Positions 1 to 9,643 of a stretch of DNA of 64,000 bases are shown here, one piece after another. Under the pieces are notes generated by a model. It did no database searches. It was not told where the DNA came from and saw only the letters and a program-made list of their open reading frames with translations. The translations under genes were made by a program, and so were the position numbers. Positions within the stretch are counted from its first letter, which is position 1, and each line of letters starts with the position of its first letter. The DNA comes from a virus (taxonomy: Duplodnaviria; Heunggongvirae; Uroviricota; Caudoviricetes): IMG/VR virus record IMGVR_UViG_3300001199_000002, positions 112,062 through 176,061 of that record; one strand, written 5' to 3'.

Positions 1-9
1 GTAAGGTAT

Positions 10-558
10 ATGCCATTTGGTATCCCAACTATCTGTGATCGTCTAGATGTGGATAAGAAATACGATGTCTCATTTGTTGGTCAGAAGCACGGTATTCGCG
101 GTGAAGTTGTTGACGCTTTTCTTAGGGCTGGTATTCGGGTCCATCTTTTTGGTCACTACTGGGACGGGTATCCTGACTGGCATGGTCGCCCGTCTCCTAC
201 TGAGATGGTCAGGATTTTCAACGAAACCAAAGTCAACCTCAACTTCCGATGGACCTCAAGAAATCCAGAAAGAGGACTTGTCAACGGAAGATCGTTCGAA
301 CTCATGGGATGCGGAGCCTTTATGCTTGCCACCCAACACAAAGAGTCAGACGAGTTCAGAGAACTTTACGAGAGAGATTGGGACTTCTCCGAGTGCCACT
401 TCGTAAATGAGATGATTCAAAATACTATGTATTACACCGATCCTGACCATGATCATCTAAGGTATGGAATGGCGAATCGCGCATACCTCAAACGTGATCA
501 ACATCTTTGGACAGTGCGACTTAAGCGATTCTTGGAGAATGAACTGTGGAAGAAATAA
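10..558 (+). CDS. Glycosyltransferase, C-terminal domain of a GT1/CgeB-like protein; 5' end lies outside the window
   Basis: ORF runs to the window edge; ELMGCGAFMLA motif resembles the CgeB/GT1 C-terminal region; sits in the sugar cluster. Confidence 0.45.
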   Translation: MPFGIPTICDRLDVDKKYDVSFVGQKHGIRGEVVDAFLRAGIRVHLFGHYWDGYPDWHGRPSPTEMVRIFNETKVNLNFRWTSRNPERGLVNGRSFELMGCGAFMLATQHKESDEFRELYERDWDFSECHFVNEMIQNTMYYTDPDHDHLRYGMANRAYLKRDQHLWTVRLKRFLENELWKK

Positions 559-1016
559 CATCCTGGGCTACGTTCAGTCCATGTAGAACACATAGATTTG
601 TGCTTGGTCGCAAATGGAGTGACAAGTCGCTTGTTATGTTTATTGGCTTGAATCCAAGTACGGCCGACGAAACTAAAAACGATCCAACGATCAGACGATG
701 TATTGGATACGCCAAAGACTGGGGATATGGCGGCTTATTGATGACAAACATCTTTGCATATCGATCTACTGATCCCAAACATCTTCTAGAATGTCAGGAT
801 CCTATTGGTTCGGGGAATGACGAGGCGTTGCTTCAATGCTATACAGAAGCTGATATGGCAATCGCCGCCTGGGGAACACACGGAACTTTGATGGATAGAC
901 ACTTGGCAGTTCGTAAGTTGCTACCCAATTTGCACTATCTAAAGCTTACTAAAGATGGACATCCTGGCCATCCATTGTATCTGCCTAAGTTATTGAGGCC
1001 AACTCTATGGCAATAG
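546..1016 (+). CDS. DUF1643-like protein
   Basis: GLNPSTAD...DPT motif pattern typical of the DUF1643 family. Confidence 0.4.
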   Translation: MEEITSWATFSPCRTHRFVLGRKWSDKSLVMFIGLNPSTADETKNDPTIRRCIGYAKDWGYGGLLMTNIFAYRSTDPKHLLECQDPIGSGNDEALLQCYTEADMAIAAWGTHGTLMDRHLAVRKLLPNLHYLKLTKDGHPGHPLYLPKLLRPTLWQ

Positions 1017-1708
1017 ACATTCATCTAGGTGATTCTATTGATGGACTAGATAAACAACACTCAGAGTCTATCGACTGTATGGTGACCAGCCCGCCGTATA
1101 AGGACTCCGATGGATATACAGAGTCTTTGATTCGTCATGTATTTGAAGCAGCCTTCTATACAATGAAGAAGAACTCATTGCTCTTTGTAAACTTTGGGCA
1201 TCTTGCAGAAGATAAGATGCGACCATTCAAGGTTGCAATGATTATTCAGGAGTGCGGCTTTACTTTACAAGAAACCTTTGTATGGATTAAGAATCACTAT
1301 CGACCCATTCAGGGTAAGCGGCGCGTCAACAATCTCACTGAGTTCATTTTCATGTTTTCAAAGGGCGACATGCCAGAGCTAGATAGACTAGCAGTAGGAA
1401 TACCATATGCGGATAAGAGCAACATCGGACGATACGCAGTATCGGATCTTAAGTGCGCAGGCAACGTTTGGAACATTGCTTACGACACTATTCAGTCGAG
1501 TGAAGACAAGCTTCACAACGATCGCTTTCCACTTGACCTACCGCTCAGGTGTCTCAAGCTTGCTGGCATCAAACCCGGACAGCTTGTATGTGATCCTTTT
1601 ACTGGGAGTGGCACTACAGCCCTTGCTTGCAAGCAACTAGGACTGAACTACGTCGGGTGGGAGATCAATCAGACGCACTATGAGACAGCGCTAAAGAGGC
1701 TTACATGA
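1007..1708 (+). CDS. DNA methyltransferase (N6-adenine/N4-cytosine class)
   Basis: TSPPY catalytic motif; C-terminal DPFTGSGTT AdoMet-binding motif. Confidence 0.75.
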   Translation: MAIDIHLGDSIDGLDKQHSESIDCMVTSPPYKDSDGYTESLIRHVFEAAFYTMKKNSLLFVNFGHLAEDKMRPFKVAMIIQECGFTLQETFVWIKNHYRPIQGKRRVNNLTEFIFMFSKGDMPELDRLAVGIPYADKSNIGRYAVSDLKCAGNVWNIAYDTIQSSEDKLHNDRFPLDLPLRCLKLAGIKPGQLVCDPFTGSGTTALACKQLGLNYVGWEINQTHYETALKRLT

Positions 1709-2124
1709 AGATCATCGTAGCTAGTGGATACTTCAACCCTCTACACAAAGGGCACGTCGAGTATCTTGAGCGTGCTCGAACGTTGGGTGATATGTTGATT
1801 GTAATTGTCAACACAGATTTGCAACGAGCTATCAAGGGATCAAAAGAGTTTATGGATCAATATGAACGTATCATGATCGTGAACGCCCTGCGATGCGTAG
1901 ACCAGTCAGTCCTCGCTATTGATATAGACGGCACAGTATGCAAAACACTAGAGATGCTAAGATCGAATATGCTTAGTACAGATCATCTTACCTTTGCTAA
2001 GGGTGGAGATCGGTTTGCCTCTGAAATTCCAGAGGCTGAAGTTTGCCATAGACTAGGAATCGATATGGTAGATGGATTGGGAAACAAGATTCAGAGTTCA
2101 TCATGGCTCCTAAGATCACAGTAG
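1705..2124 (+). CDS. Cytidylyltransferase-like nucleotidyltransferase (RfaE domain II / TagD-like)
   Basis: GYFNPLHKGH HxGH nucleotidyltransferase motif; start overlaps upstream stop (ATGA). Confidence 0.65.
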   Translation: MKIIVASGYFNPLHKGHVEYLERARTLGDMLIVIVNTDLQRAIKGSKEFMDQYERIMIVNALRCVDQSVLAIDIDGTVCKTLEMLRSNMLSTDHLTFAKGGDRFASEIPEAEVCHRLGIDMVDGLGNKIQSSSWLLRSQ

Positions 2125-2855
2125 TTACATACTGCCACGAGAAGCACAAGAAGTGGATCCCATTCTGGATCTCACAACTAGAGAAGCAGACATTTCGTGA
2201 CTTCAATATTCTCTTCATTGCGCATAACTGGAAGTTTGATTTCACAGAATACCAATGCTGGCTAGATGGCCATACCAAGAACGAAGACGGAACGCTAACG
2301 CTGCATACTGGTACTTATCTTGGTGAAGATTTGTGGGATAACTTCGCTAGCTTAGAGCATAGCGGACCTCCAGTTATTGGAGATGTCATCAACTTTGCCC
2401 TTAAGCATGTCGATACCGAATACTTTGCACACTGGGACGTGGATGACTGGATTCATCCAGATCGTCTCAAGTTACAGGCAGAGTATCTAGAAGCACATCC
2501 AGAAGTAGACTTCCTTGGCACGCGCATGGTTGGTTTTAGAGGAGAGCCTACTGACGAAATGATGAAGCTCGACTATTACGAGCCTAACGAACCTAACGCC
2601 AACGTAACAGAACATAAAGACATCTATCAGTGCATGTGGCACAGGGGTCAGAACTGCTTGGGCCATACGACTATGATCTATAAGGTTCAGGCAATGAAGG
2701 ATCTAGGTGGCTTCTCTATGTCAGACGTTAAGCTAGATGGTAGAAGTCCAGACTTTGAAACGTGGAAGAAGGCACTAATAGCCGGATACGAGTTTCATCG
2801 CCTTCCGCAACTATGCGCACTATGGCGACTTGATAGTAGCAGCATAAGATTGTAA
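2103..2855 (+). CDS. Glycosyltransferase family 2-like
   Basis: WDVDDW DxD-type motif; GT-A-like N-terminal region. Confidence 0.5.
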   Translation: MAPKITVVTYCHEKHKKWIPFWISQLEKQTFRDFNILFIAHNWKFDFTEYQCWLDGHTKNEDGTLTLHTGTYLGEDLWDNFASLEHSGPPVIGDVINFALKHVDTEYFAHWDVDDWIHPDRLKLQAEYLEAHPEVDFLGTRMVGFRGEPTDEMMKLDYYEPNEPNANVTEHKDIYQCMWHRGQNCLGHTTMIYKVQAMKDLGGFSMSDVKLDGRSPDFETWKKALIAGYEFHRLPQLCALWRLDSSSIRL

Positions 2856-2887
2856 ACAAAAATCATTTACAGACACATACTATTAAG

Positions 2888-3442
2888 ATGACCCATCAAT
2901 CTGGTATCTATCAAATACGTAACTTAAAGAATGGGAAGCGCTATATTGGTAGTGCTGTGACTATCAGAACTCGATGGAACGAACATCGTCATGAGTTGCG
3001 ACACCAATGCCATCATTCTCCAAAGTTGCAAAATTCTTGGAATAAGAATGGAGAAGACATTTTCGCCTTTGAGGTTCTGCTCTACTGCGATTCCGAGCAC
3101 TGCTTGATGTATGAACAGATCGCTCTCGATCATTTCAAACCAGCATATAACATTCAGCAAATAGCAAAAAGTCCTCTTGGAACAAAACGCACCCATGCTC
3201 AAAAACGTCGTATGAGCAAAGCTCATTTTGGTATAAAGCATAAAGATCAAGCTAAGAAGAAACTTATGGATCAACGTATTGGAGAACTAAATCCAAGCGC
3301 CAGGATAACAAAACAGATAGTCGTTCAAATTCGACAAATGTATAGAAATGGCATTACACAAACCGCCATAGCTCCTGTCGTTGGTTTAAGTCGTCAACAA
3401 GTTAACAGAATCTGTAATAGTAAAAGATGGAGTCATGTATGA
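2888..3442 (+). CDS. GIY-YIG homing endonuclease
   Basis: GIYQIRN...RYIGSA...RWNEH GIY-YIG core; C-terminal HTH-like tail. Confidence 0.8.
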   Translation: MTHQSGIYQIRNLKNGKRYIGSAVTIRTRWNEHRHELRHQCHHSPKLQNSWNKNGEDIFAFEVLLYCDSEHCLMYEQIALDHFKPAYNIQQIAKSPLGTKRTHAQKRRMSKAHFGIKHKDQAKKKLMDQRIGELNPSARITKQIVVQIRQMYRNGITQTAIAPVVGLSRQQVNRICNSKRWSHV

Positions 3443-4326
3443 CGCTAAAGATCGGAGTGATAGCATGGGGAGCAATGGCAGACATTCTGTATGCTACTCC
3501 TATCGTAAGATACGTGCGAAGCGAAAATCCAGACGCTGAAATCTCGTGGCTTGTGCGCGACAAGTTCGCAGAAGTCATTGAGACCAATCCAGATATCGAT
3601 CACGTAGTTAACTTCGTCCTACCAGATGGTCACAATAGTAGGCAAGAAGCTGAGTATGTAATGGATCGAGAAATTCTTACTTACGCAAAGACGAATTTCG
3701 ACAAGGTGATTGACCTACAGTATTGGCCACGCTACGCTAACTTTTATGAGCGTCCAAACGAGGACTTTATTTCTCTCAGAGCGCGTAACGCTGGGCTAGA
3801 ACCAACCGCTATCAAAGATCGTTCGATAGTTCTTGAGCCCACCGAAGATGACATTAAGCAAGCTCGTGACTTTCTAGGTAAATATAACCTAAGAGGTAAT
3901 TGGTTCATAACCGTAAATCATATTAGTTATGCTGCTGCACCAGTTTGCAACTTTGAATACTACCAACAGCTAGTCAATATCCTTAAGGGAGATGACGTAT
4001 CGGTTGTATTCACTGGAGCAACAAACGAACCAATCCCAGAGGGTGGTATCGATGCTCGTGGCATGCCATACCGCGTATGGTACTGCCTCATATCAATGAG
4101 CGACTTCTATCTTGGATTGGATAGTGGCGCTAAAACTCTTGCCTGCGCAACGGAAGTTCCAATGGCAATTCTACACTCGCGCGATTTTCCGCTCAAGAAG
4201 ACGGGCTGCGCATCAATGGGAATCCGTAGTTCCGACATCATGGAGCTAACAACGATTCCTTCAGTAACTAGTCTAGTTGACATAATCATGTCACATATCC
4301 CACCATGGAACAAGCAGACAAACTAA
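3427..4326 (+). CDS. Glycosyltransferase family 9 (heptosyltransferase-like)
   Basis: N-terminal IGVIAWGAMADILYATP resembles the ADP-heptose:LPS heptosyltransferase fold. Confidence 0.45.
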   Translation: MESCMTLKIGVIAWGAMADILYATPIVRYVRSENPDAEISWLVRDKFAEVIETNPDIDHVVNFVLPDGHNSRQEAEYVMDREILTYAKTNFDKVIDLQYWPRYANFYERPNEDFISLRARNAGLEPTAIKDRSIVLEPTEDDIKQARDFLGKYNLRGNWFITVNHISYAAAPVCNFEYYQQLVNILKGDDVSVVFTGATNEPIPEGGIDARGMPYRVWYCLISMSDFYLGLDSGAKTLACATEVPMAILHSRDFPLKKTGCASMGIRSSDIMELTTIPSVTSLVDIIMSHIPPWNKQTN

Positions 4327-4655
4327 TTCACGACTTCCTAAGATCAGATGTATGTAAGGAAGCGCTGGCATGCGACGATTTTCATATCAACACATCGCCA
4401 ATCACACTCACCTATCTAATTGAACGGCTTGTCATCACGCACGTAAAGCTCTTCATGATGGAGGATCAGGTAAGAGATCCTAAACTAACAGATGCAGAAG
4501 TTGGAGCTATCAAGCGAAAGATTGACTATTGGAATGGAGTGCAGAGACCAAGGTTGGTTGAAGGCATCGGAGAAATTATGGCTAAGGCAGTTAAGACAGG
4601 AAATGAAGAATTGGTTAGGGAACCAAACCTGAAGGACTACAAGGCAAGAGAATGA
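4305..4655 (+). CDS. Hypothetical protein
   Basis: ORF in operon context. Confidence 0.4.
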   Translation: MEQADKLIHDFLRSDVCKEALACDDFHINTSPITLTYLIERLVITHVKLFMMEDQVRDPKLTDAEVGAIKRKIDYWNGVQRPRLVEGIGEIMAKAVKTGNEELVREPNLKDYKARE

Positions 4656-5047
4656 ACACAATTGACAAGATCAGAAGTCACGCAAAGTTTCTACAACGCT
4701 CTCCTAGCACTAACTTTATTCTAGCAACCTCTCTACTAGACCTAAGTGACAGGATGGAAGAGATTGAACAAGAGATTGCAGACAACGAGCCAGAGATAGA
4801 TACGGAAACTCTTGCGTATACCACACGACTCCGTAATGGAGTCTTCAGTCACGAGAAGGGCCAGATCACTTGGCTCAAGAAGGCACGTAGACTATTCAAG
4901 CAAGGAATGCTTGAGCTTCGCACTTCGGTTTCAAAATCCTTTATCTCAAATATGGCGGTGAGCAATATGAGAAAGGCTCTGTTAACTCTAGATGACATCG
5001 AATTCTTGACAGCACTTACATCGCCAGAATGGATCAGCAACCGATGA
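4652..5047 (+). CDS. Hypothetical protein
   Basis: ORF in operon context. Confidence 0.4.
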   Translation: MNTIDKIRSHAKFLQRSPSTNFILATSLLDLSDRMEEIEQEIADNEPEIDTETLAYTTRLRNGVFSHEKGQITWLKKARRLFKQGMLELRTSVSKSFISNMAVSNMRKALLTLDDIEFLTALTSPEWISNR

Positions 5048-6201
5048 AGAGACAAATCACACTAGGCTCTGTATCGATCACTCCAGTTGAGAGACGTTAC
5101 GTTGAGCGAGTTCTAGAAACAACTCTAGTTGGTCCATTCGAGTTTAGCAAGCAGGTTGCTGCTAGGGTGGCTGAGTTACACGGATACAAATATGGTCGTT
5201 ACCTCAATAGTGGCCAATCCGCCTTGACTATCTCGCTGCGCGCCATCATCCAGCAAAAAGGTTGGACGCATCGCCCATTAGTTGCCACACCAGCATGCAC
5301 ATACATCTCGACCCAGGGATCATGCATCTTCGCTGGCTGTGACTTTGTTCTAGTTGATGTTGGAGTTGACGACATTAACATGGATCCAAAGGCGTTGCGA
5401 GATACGCTAGAACATCAGAAGTTGATGGGTCGTCCAGTAGATATTGTAATGCCTGTCCATCTGTGTGGCAAGCCAGTCAAGCGCGAGATTAAAGATATCT
5501 GCGATCTATACAATCTACCTACGGTAGTTGATAGTTGCGAAACAATCTTTGCACCCAAAGACCTAGATTGGGGAACGATCGTATGCTTCTCTACATTCAG
5601 TAACCACACACTCGGCGCTGGCGCTGGTGGTATTACGGTAACGAATGATAAGCAACTCGACTTCTTCCTATTCCAACAGATTTCGCACGGACGTGAAAAT
5701 GAGAGTGGCGGAACCGATCCTCATACAATGGGTGAACGCTTTCGATTTAGCGAATGGGGCGAGTCACTAAAACCATCAGACCTATATGCAGCAGTGGCTC
5801 TTGGTGGTATTGAACGTAGATACGAGATCATCAATGCACAACGATTCAACGCCCTAAGGCTACGAGAACTACTGGAAGGGTTGCCACTTGGATTGCCGTC
5901 CATGGATAATCACACCTTTATGTTCTATCCAATTGTGGCAAATGAATCAGTAGACGTTACTAAACTACTAAAGCACCTACATGACAATGGTGTCTTTACA
6001 CGTAGATTGATGCCGATCACCAATCAACCAGTCGTATTGAAGTATACTGGAATGACACAAGATCAGCTTGACGCGCTATGTCCAAATGCGGCGTTTATCA
6101 ATCGCCAAGGATTCTATGTTGGCTCTCATCCAGGTTTGATGACTGACGACATCCAGTATCTTGGCAAGAAGATCCGCGAGGGAGTTGAACTAGCATCATG
6201 A
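5029..6201 (+). CDS. DegT/DnrJ/EryC1/StrS-family PLP-dependent sugar aminotransferase (perosamine-synthase-like)
   Basis: Length and conserved blocks of sugar aminotransferases; adjacent to GDP-sugar genes. Confidence 0.75.
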   Translation: MDQQPMKRQITLGSVSITPVERRYVERVLETTLVGPFEFSKQVAARVAELHGYKYGRYLNSGQSALTISLRAIIQQKGWTHRPLVATPACTYISTQGSCIFAGCDFVLVDVGVDDINMDPKALRDTLEHQKLMGRPVDIVMPVHLCGKPVKREIKDICDLYNLPTVVDSCETIFAPKDLDWGTIVCFSTFSNHTLGAGAGGITVTNDKQLDFFLFQQISHGRENESGGTDPHTMGERFRFSEWGESLKPSDLYAAVALGGIERRYEIINAQRFNALRLRELLEGLPLGLPSMDNHTFMFYPIVANESVDVTKLLKHLHDNGVFTRRLMPITNQPVVLKYTGMTQDQLDALCPNAAFINRQGFYVGSHPGLMTDDIQYLGKKIREGVELAS

Positions 6202-7124
6202 AGATACTGATCACTGGTGCTCATGGCTTTCTAGGAAAGCACGTTGTTAATCTCCTTAGTAAGAGATCAGACCTTGCGTTGCTTACGCCAACTAGAGCAG
6301 AGCTTAACTTGATGCATAGACCTAGCATCGAGGATTATCTACAAGAACACTGGCCACATGTCGTTATTCATCTAGCTGCACAATGTGGTGGTATTGGAAT
6401 CAATCGCGAAAAGCCCGGCGAGTTCCTATACAATAACATGACAATGACGACAAATCTAATTGATGAAGTTCGTCTATACAACAAACAGTGTAAGTTCGTA
6501 GGAATAGGAACAGTATGTAGCTATCCAAAGCATACACCAGTTCCATTCAGGGAAGACGATCTTTACAATGGATATCCAGAAGAGACTAATGCGCCCTATG
6601 GATTGGCTAAGCGAATGCAGCTTGAAATGCTGCGCGCTTATCGCACTCAATACGGTCTGCGTGGAATCTTCCTTATCCCAGTCAATATGATTGGCGAGCA
6701 TGACAACTTCGATGATGACAGTAGTCACGTAGTGCCAGCTATGCTAAAGAAATTCCATCGCGCAAAGCTTAATGGTGACAAAAGCGTAACCCTATGGGGC
6801 GACGGTTCTGCATCAAGAGAGTTTTTGTATGCCGGTGATTGCGCTGAGGCAATTCTGCTAGCGACGATGTTTTGCGACTCTAGCGAACCAATCAATATTG
6901 GCACAGGAAAAGAGATCACGATTCGCGCTCTCGCAGAGAAGATCAAGAGCGTTGTCGGATTCGAAGGCGAGATTGTATGGGATACGTCTAAGCCTAATGG
7001 ACAGCCGCGTCGCTGTCTAGATGTCAGCAGGGCGAAGAAAGAGTTTGGTTTTACAGCCAAGTCGGACTTTGATAAAGTCCTAAGAGATACATACGAATGG
7101 GCACAACAGAACGGAGTACTATGA
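6198..7124 (+). CDS. fcl: NAD(P)-dependent GDP-sugar epimerase/reductase (GDP-L-fucose synthase-like)
   Basis: ILITGAHGFLGKHV Rossmann motif; SDR-extended YxxxK; lies next to gmd. Confidence 0.7.
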   Translation: MKILITGAHGFLGKHVVNLLSKRSDLALLTPTRAELNLMHRPSIEDYLQEHWPHVVIHLAAQCGGIGINREKPGEFLYNNMTMTTNLIDEVRLYNKQCKFVGIGTVCSYPKHTPVPFREDDLYNGYPEETNAPYGLAKRMQLEMLRAYRTQYGLRGIFLIPVNMIGEHDNFDDDSSHVVPAMLKKFHRAKLNGDKSVTLWGDGSASREFLYAGDCAEAILLATMFCDSSEPINIGTGKEITIRALAEKIKSVVGFEGEIVWDTSKPNGQPRRCLDVSRAKKEFGFTAKSDFDKVLRDTYEWAQQNGVL

Positions 7125-8194
7125 AGACAGCAATTGTAACTGGGATCAACGGACAGGATGGCTATTACCTGACCAAGCTTCTGCTCGAAAAGGGCTATCG
7201 AGTAGTTGGCGTCCAGCGCCGCACTAGTTCATCAACATCGTGGCGTCTTATAGACCTTCCGACTTATGAAGCGGCAGTAAAAGCCAATCGCCTTATCTTT
7301 GAGGCTGGCGACATTACCGACTTCTCTTCGATCTCGCGTATCGTAATGGCATACAAACCAGATGAGTTCTATAACCTAGCGGCTCAGTCCCAGGTATGGC
7401 ACTCATTCAAGTCGCCTCTGTCTACATTAGAGATTACTGGTCTAGGTGCCGCTGTATGTCTTGAAGCTGTAAGACAATTCGCACCTACATGTAAATTCTA
7501 CCAAGCAGGCTCGTCAGAGCAATATGGAAACTCGGCGATCCTTGGAAAGTTACAGCCTAAGAAGGGCGTAATCTATGAACGTGTTCTAGATGAGTCTTCT
7601 CCAATGATCCCAAGATCACCATATGGCGTAGCCAAGCTCATGGCCCACACGTTGGTCAGAAATTACCGCGAAGCTTACGACATGTTTGCTGTTGGTGGAA
7701 TCTTGTTTAATCATGAAAGTCCATATCGCGGTGTTGAATTCGTTACGCGAAAGATTACTAAGGGCATCGCAGACATCCTAGCTGGACAAGCTAAGTCGAT
7801 CGAACTAGGTAATCTAGATTCGTGGCGCGACTGGGGTCACGCGGAAGACTACATGCACGCAGCGTGGCTAATGCTTCAACAACCGTCGCCAGTCGATTAC
7901 GTGATTGCTACCGGAGAGACACACCAGATTAGTGAATTCTTAGATGAGGCTTTTGGTGTAGTAAACATCAAGGACTGGTCTCAGTATGTAACTGTCAATC
8001 AAGAGTTTGTGAGACCGTCAGAGGTTGACGTATTGATCGGTGACGCGAGCAAGGCCAGAGAGGAGCTTGGCTGGGAACCGAAGCACTCGTTCAGAGACCT
8101 TGTATATCAAATGGTATCTGCTGATTGCCTCCGCAAGGGTGTTGCACAACATCTTAATAGTCACGTAGAATTTCTCAAGAAGGATAGACAATGA
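7097..8194 (+). CDS. gmd: GDP-mannose 4,6-dehydratase
   Basis: KTAIVTGINGQDGYYLTKLLLEKGYRV is the canonical GMD N-terminus; full length. Confidence 0.9.
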   Translation: MGTTERSTMKTAIVTGINGQDGYYLTKLLLEKGYRVVGVQRRTSSSTSWRLIDLPTYEAAVKANRLIFEAGDITDFSSISRIVMAYKPDEFYNLAAQSQVWHSFKSPLSTLEITGLGAAVCLEAVRQFAPTCKFYQAGSSEQYGNSAILGKLQPKKGVIYERVLDESSPMIPRSPYGVAKLMAHTLVRNYREAYDMFAVGGILFNHESPYRGVEFVTRKITKGIADILAGQAKSIELGNLDSWRDWGHAEDYMHAAWLMLQQPSPVDYVIATGETHQISEFLDEAFGVVNIKDWSQYVTVNQEFVRPSEVDVLIGDASKAREELGWEPKHSFRDLVYQMVSADCLRKGVAQHLNSHVEFLKKDRQ

Positions 8195-8883
8195 ACGATA
8201 AAAAGAGACTTAACGCCGAGGGTAAGCATACGATTACTCAGGGCGAGAAAGACGCTTGGAAACGAGGACAGAAAGACTCAGCTAAGAATAGCAAGCTCGC
8301 CGAAATCAGAGGCGTAACGCCAGACAAGGCGATTAAGGTAGTTAGACTTTTTGCGGATGGTATGAGCGAACAACATATCATGCAGAAGACTGAACTGACT
8401 GCGGATAACGTAAAGAAGGTGCTGGCCAAGTTTAGCATCAACTCAATCGAAGACGCTCGTCGGGTAGTTAAGCGTGGCATCATAGCTGAGCTAGATGATG
8501 CAAAGCTTCAGGCGCAAGAAGACGCAACTAGTCAACAGAGAGTGGTGGAAGCAGAACAGTCAAGTCGGCTTGCCGACCATAAGAAGGACTTTGGCGAAAA
8601 GCCCAAGCTCTCAAATGAGGAGAAGGATATCAAGTTGCGCGATCGGCGCGACGAGGCTCAGGAGAAGAATAAGCTGGATAAGTTGCGAAGCCTGATTGAT
8701 CAGGGTATCAAGACTATCCATACTGGATTTCAGATTAGGCTTGTAGATACAGCCGCATTCAAGTCAATGATTCCACATGGAGTTAGCGCGCTACAACGAC
8801 GCTTCGGTGGATCTAAAAAGGACATCGTTGCTGAGATCCGGCGTCTATCGCCTGGAACAGACACCGATATGTTGAGACCATAA
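8191..8883 (+). CDS. Hypothetical protein, charged and coiled-coil-rich
   Basis: ORF. Confidence 0.4.
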   Translation: MNDKKRLNAEGKHTITQGEKDAWKRGQKDSAKNSKLAEIRGVTPDKAIKVVRLFADGMSEQHIMQKTELTADNVKKVLAKFSINSIEDARRVVKRGIIAELDDAKLQAQEDATSQQRVVEAEQSSRLADHKKDFGEKPKLSNEEKDIKLRDRRDEAQEKNKLDKLRSLIDQGIKTIHTGFQIRLVDTAAFKSMIPHGVSALQRRFGGSKKDIVAEIRRLSPGTDTDMLRP

Positions 8884-8884
8884 C

Positions 8885-9643
8885 ATGGCAGAAATCAACG
8901 AAGAAGAAGCCCGCCGTCTTTATCAAGATGAGGGGCTTAGTATGAGACAGGTGGCAACGAAGATGGGCGTTCCACTAGCAACTCTCTCGCGCTTTATGAA
9001 GAAGCACGGTATCTCGTCACGAGATAAGGCAGATGCTCAAAAGAACTATCTCAAAGACCACGAACATCAAATGAAGGGTAAGAAGCATTCAGACTCTACC
9101 AAGCAGAAGATTTCAAAAGGACTTGGAGAATTCTGGGATAAGTTGTCTGAAGAAGACAAGGAAGAGTTGAAGAAGAAGATTGGAAGTGCTTGGCGTCGTA
9201 AGTGGCAACAGATGTCTGACAGCGATCGTCGTTCGATGATGGAATCGCTATCTAACAAAGCCAAGGAAATGCAGGGCAACGGCTCTAGATTGGAAAGGTT
9301 CGTAGCTGAAGAATTGCGTCAGCGTGGTTATACAGTAGAGGAACGGTCTACTCACTACACCGCAGGCAAGCAGTTCGAAGTAGATATTGCACTCCCTAAG
9401 GAAAGAATTGCAATCGAAATTGATGGACCGACACACTTCTTACCCATACACGGTGAGGATCACCTGAAAGAGCAACAAGAGCGTGACGCTCGCAAAGACG
9501 AATTGATCACTAGTGCTGGCATGAATATGTTGCGCATTAGAGACAACAATGGACCGCTAAGTAAGGTCCGCATTGACAGAATCGAACAAGCAATCAAGGA
9601 GATCAAAGCAGATGGTAGAACATCAGTCTGGTACGTTGAGTGA
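8885..9643 (+). CDS. HTH-containing putative endonuclease (DUF559/Vsr-like C-terminal domain)
   Basis: N-terminal HTH (LSMRQVATKMGV); C-terminal FEVDIALPKERIAIEIDGPTHF restriction-endonuclease-like motif. Confidence 0.5.
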   Translation: MAEINEEEARRLYQDEGLSMRQVATKMGVPLATLSRFMKKHGISSRDKADAQKNYLKDHEHQMKGKKHSDSTKQKISKGLGEFWDKLSEEDKEELKKKIGSAWRRKWQQMSDSDRRSMMESLSNKAKEMQGNGSRLERFVAEELRQRGYTVEERSTHYTAGKQFEVDIALPKERIAIEIDGPTHFLPIHGEDHLKEQQERDARKDELITSAGMNMLRIRDNNGPLSKVRIDRIEQAIKEIKADGRTSVWYVE

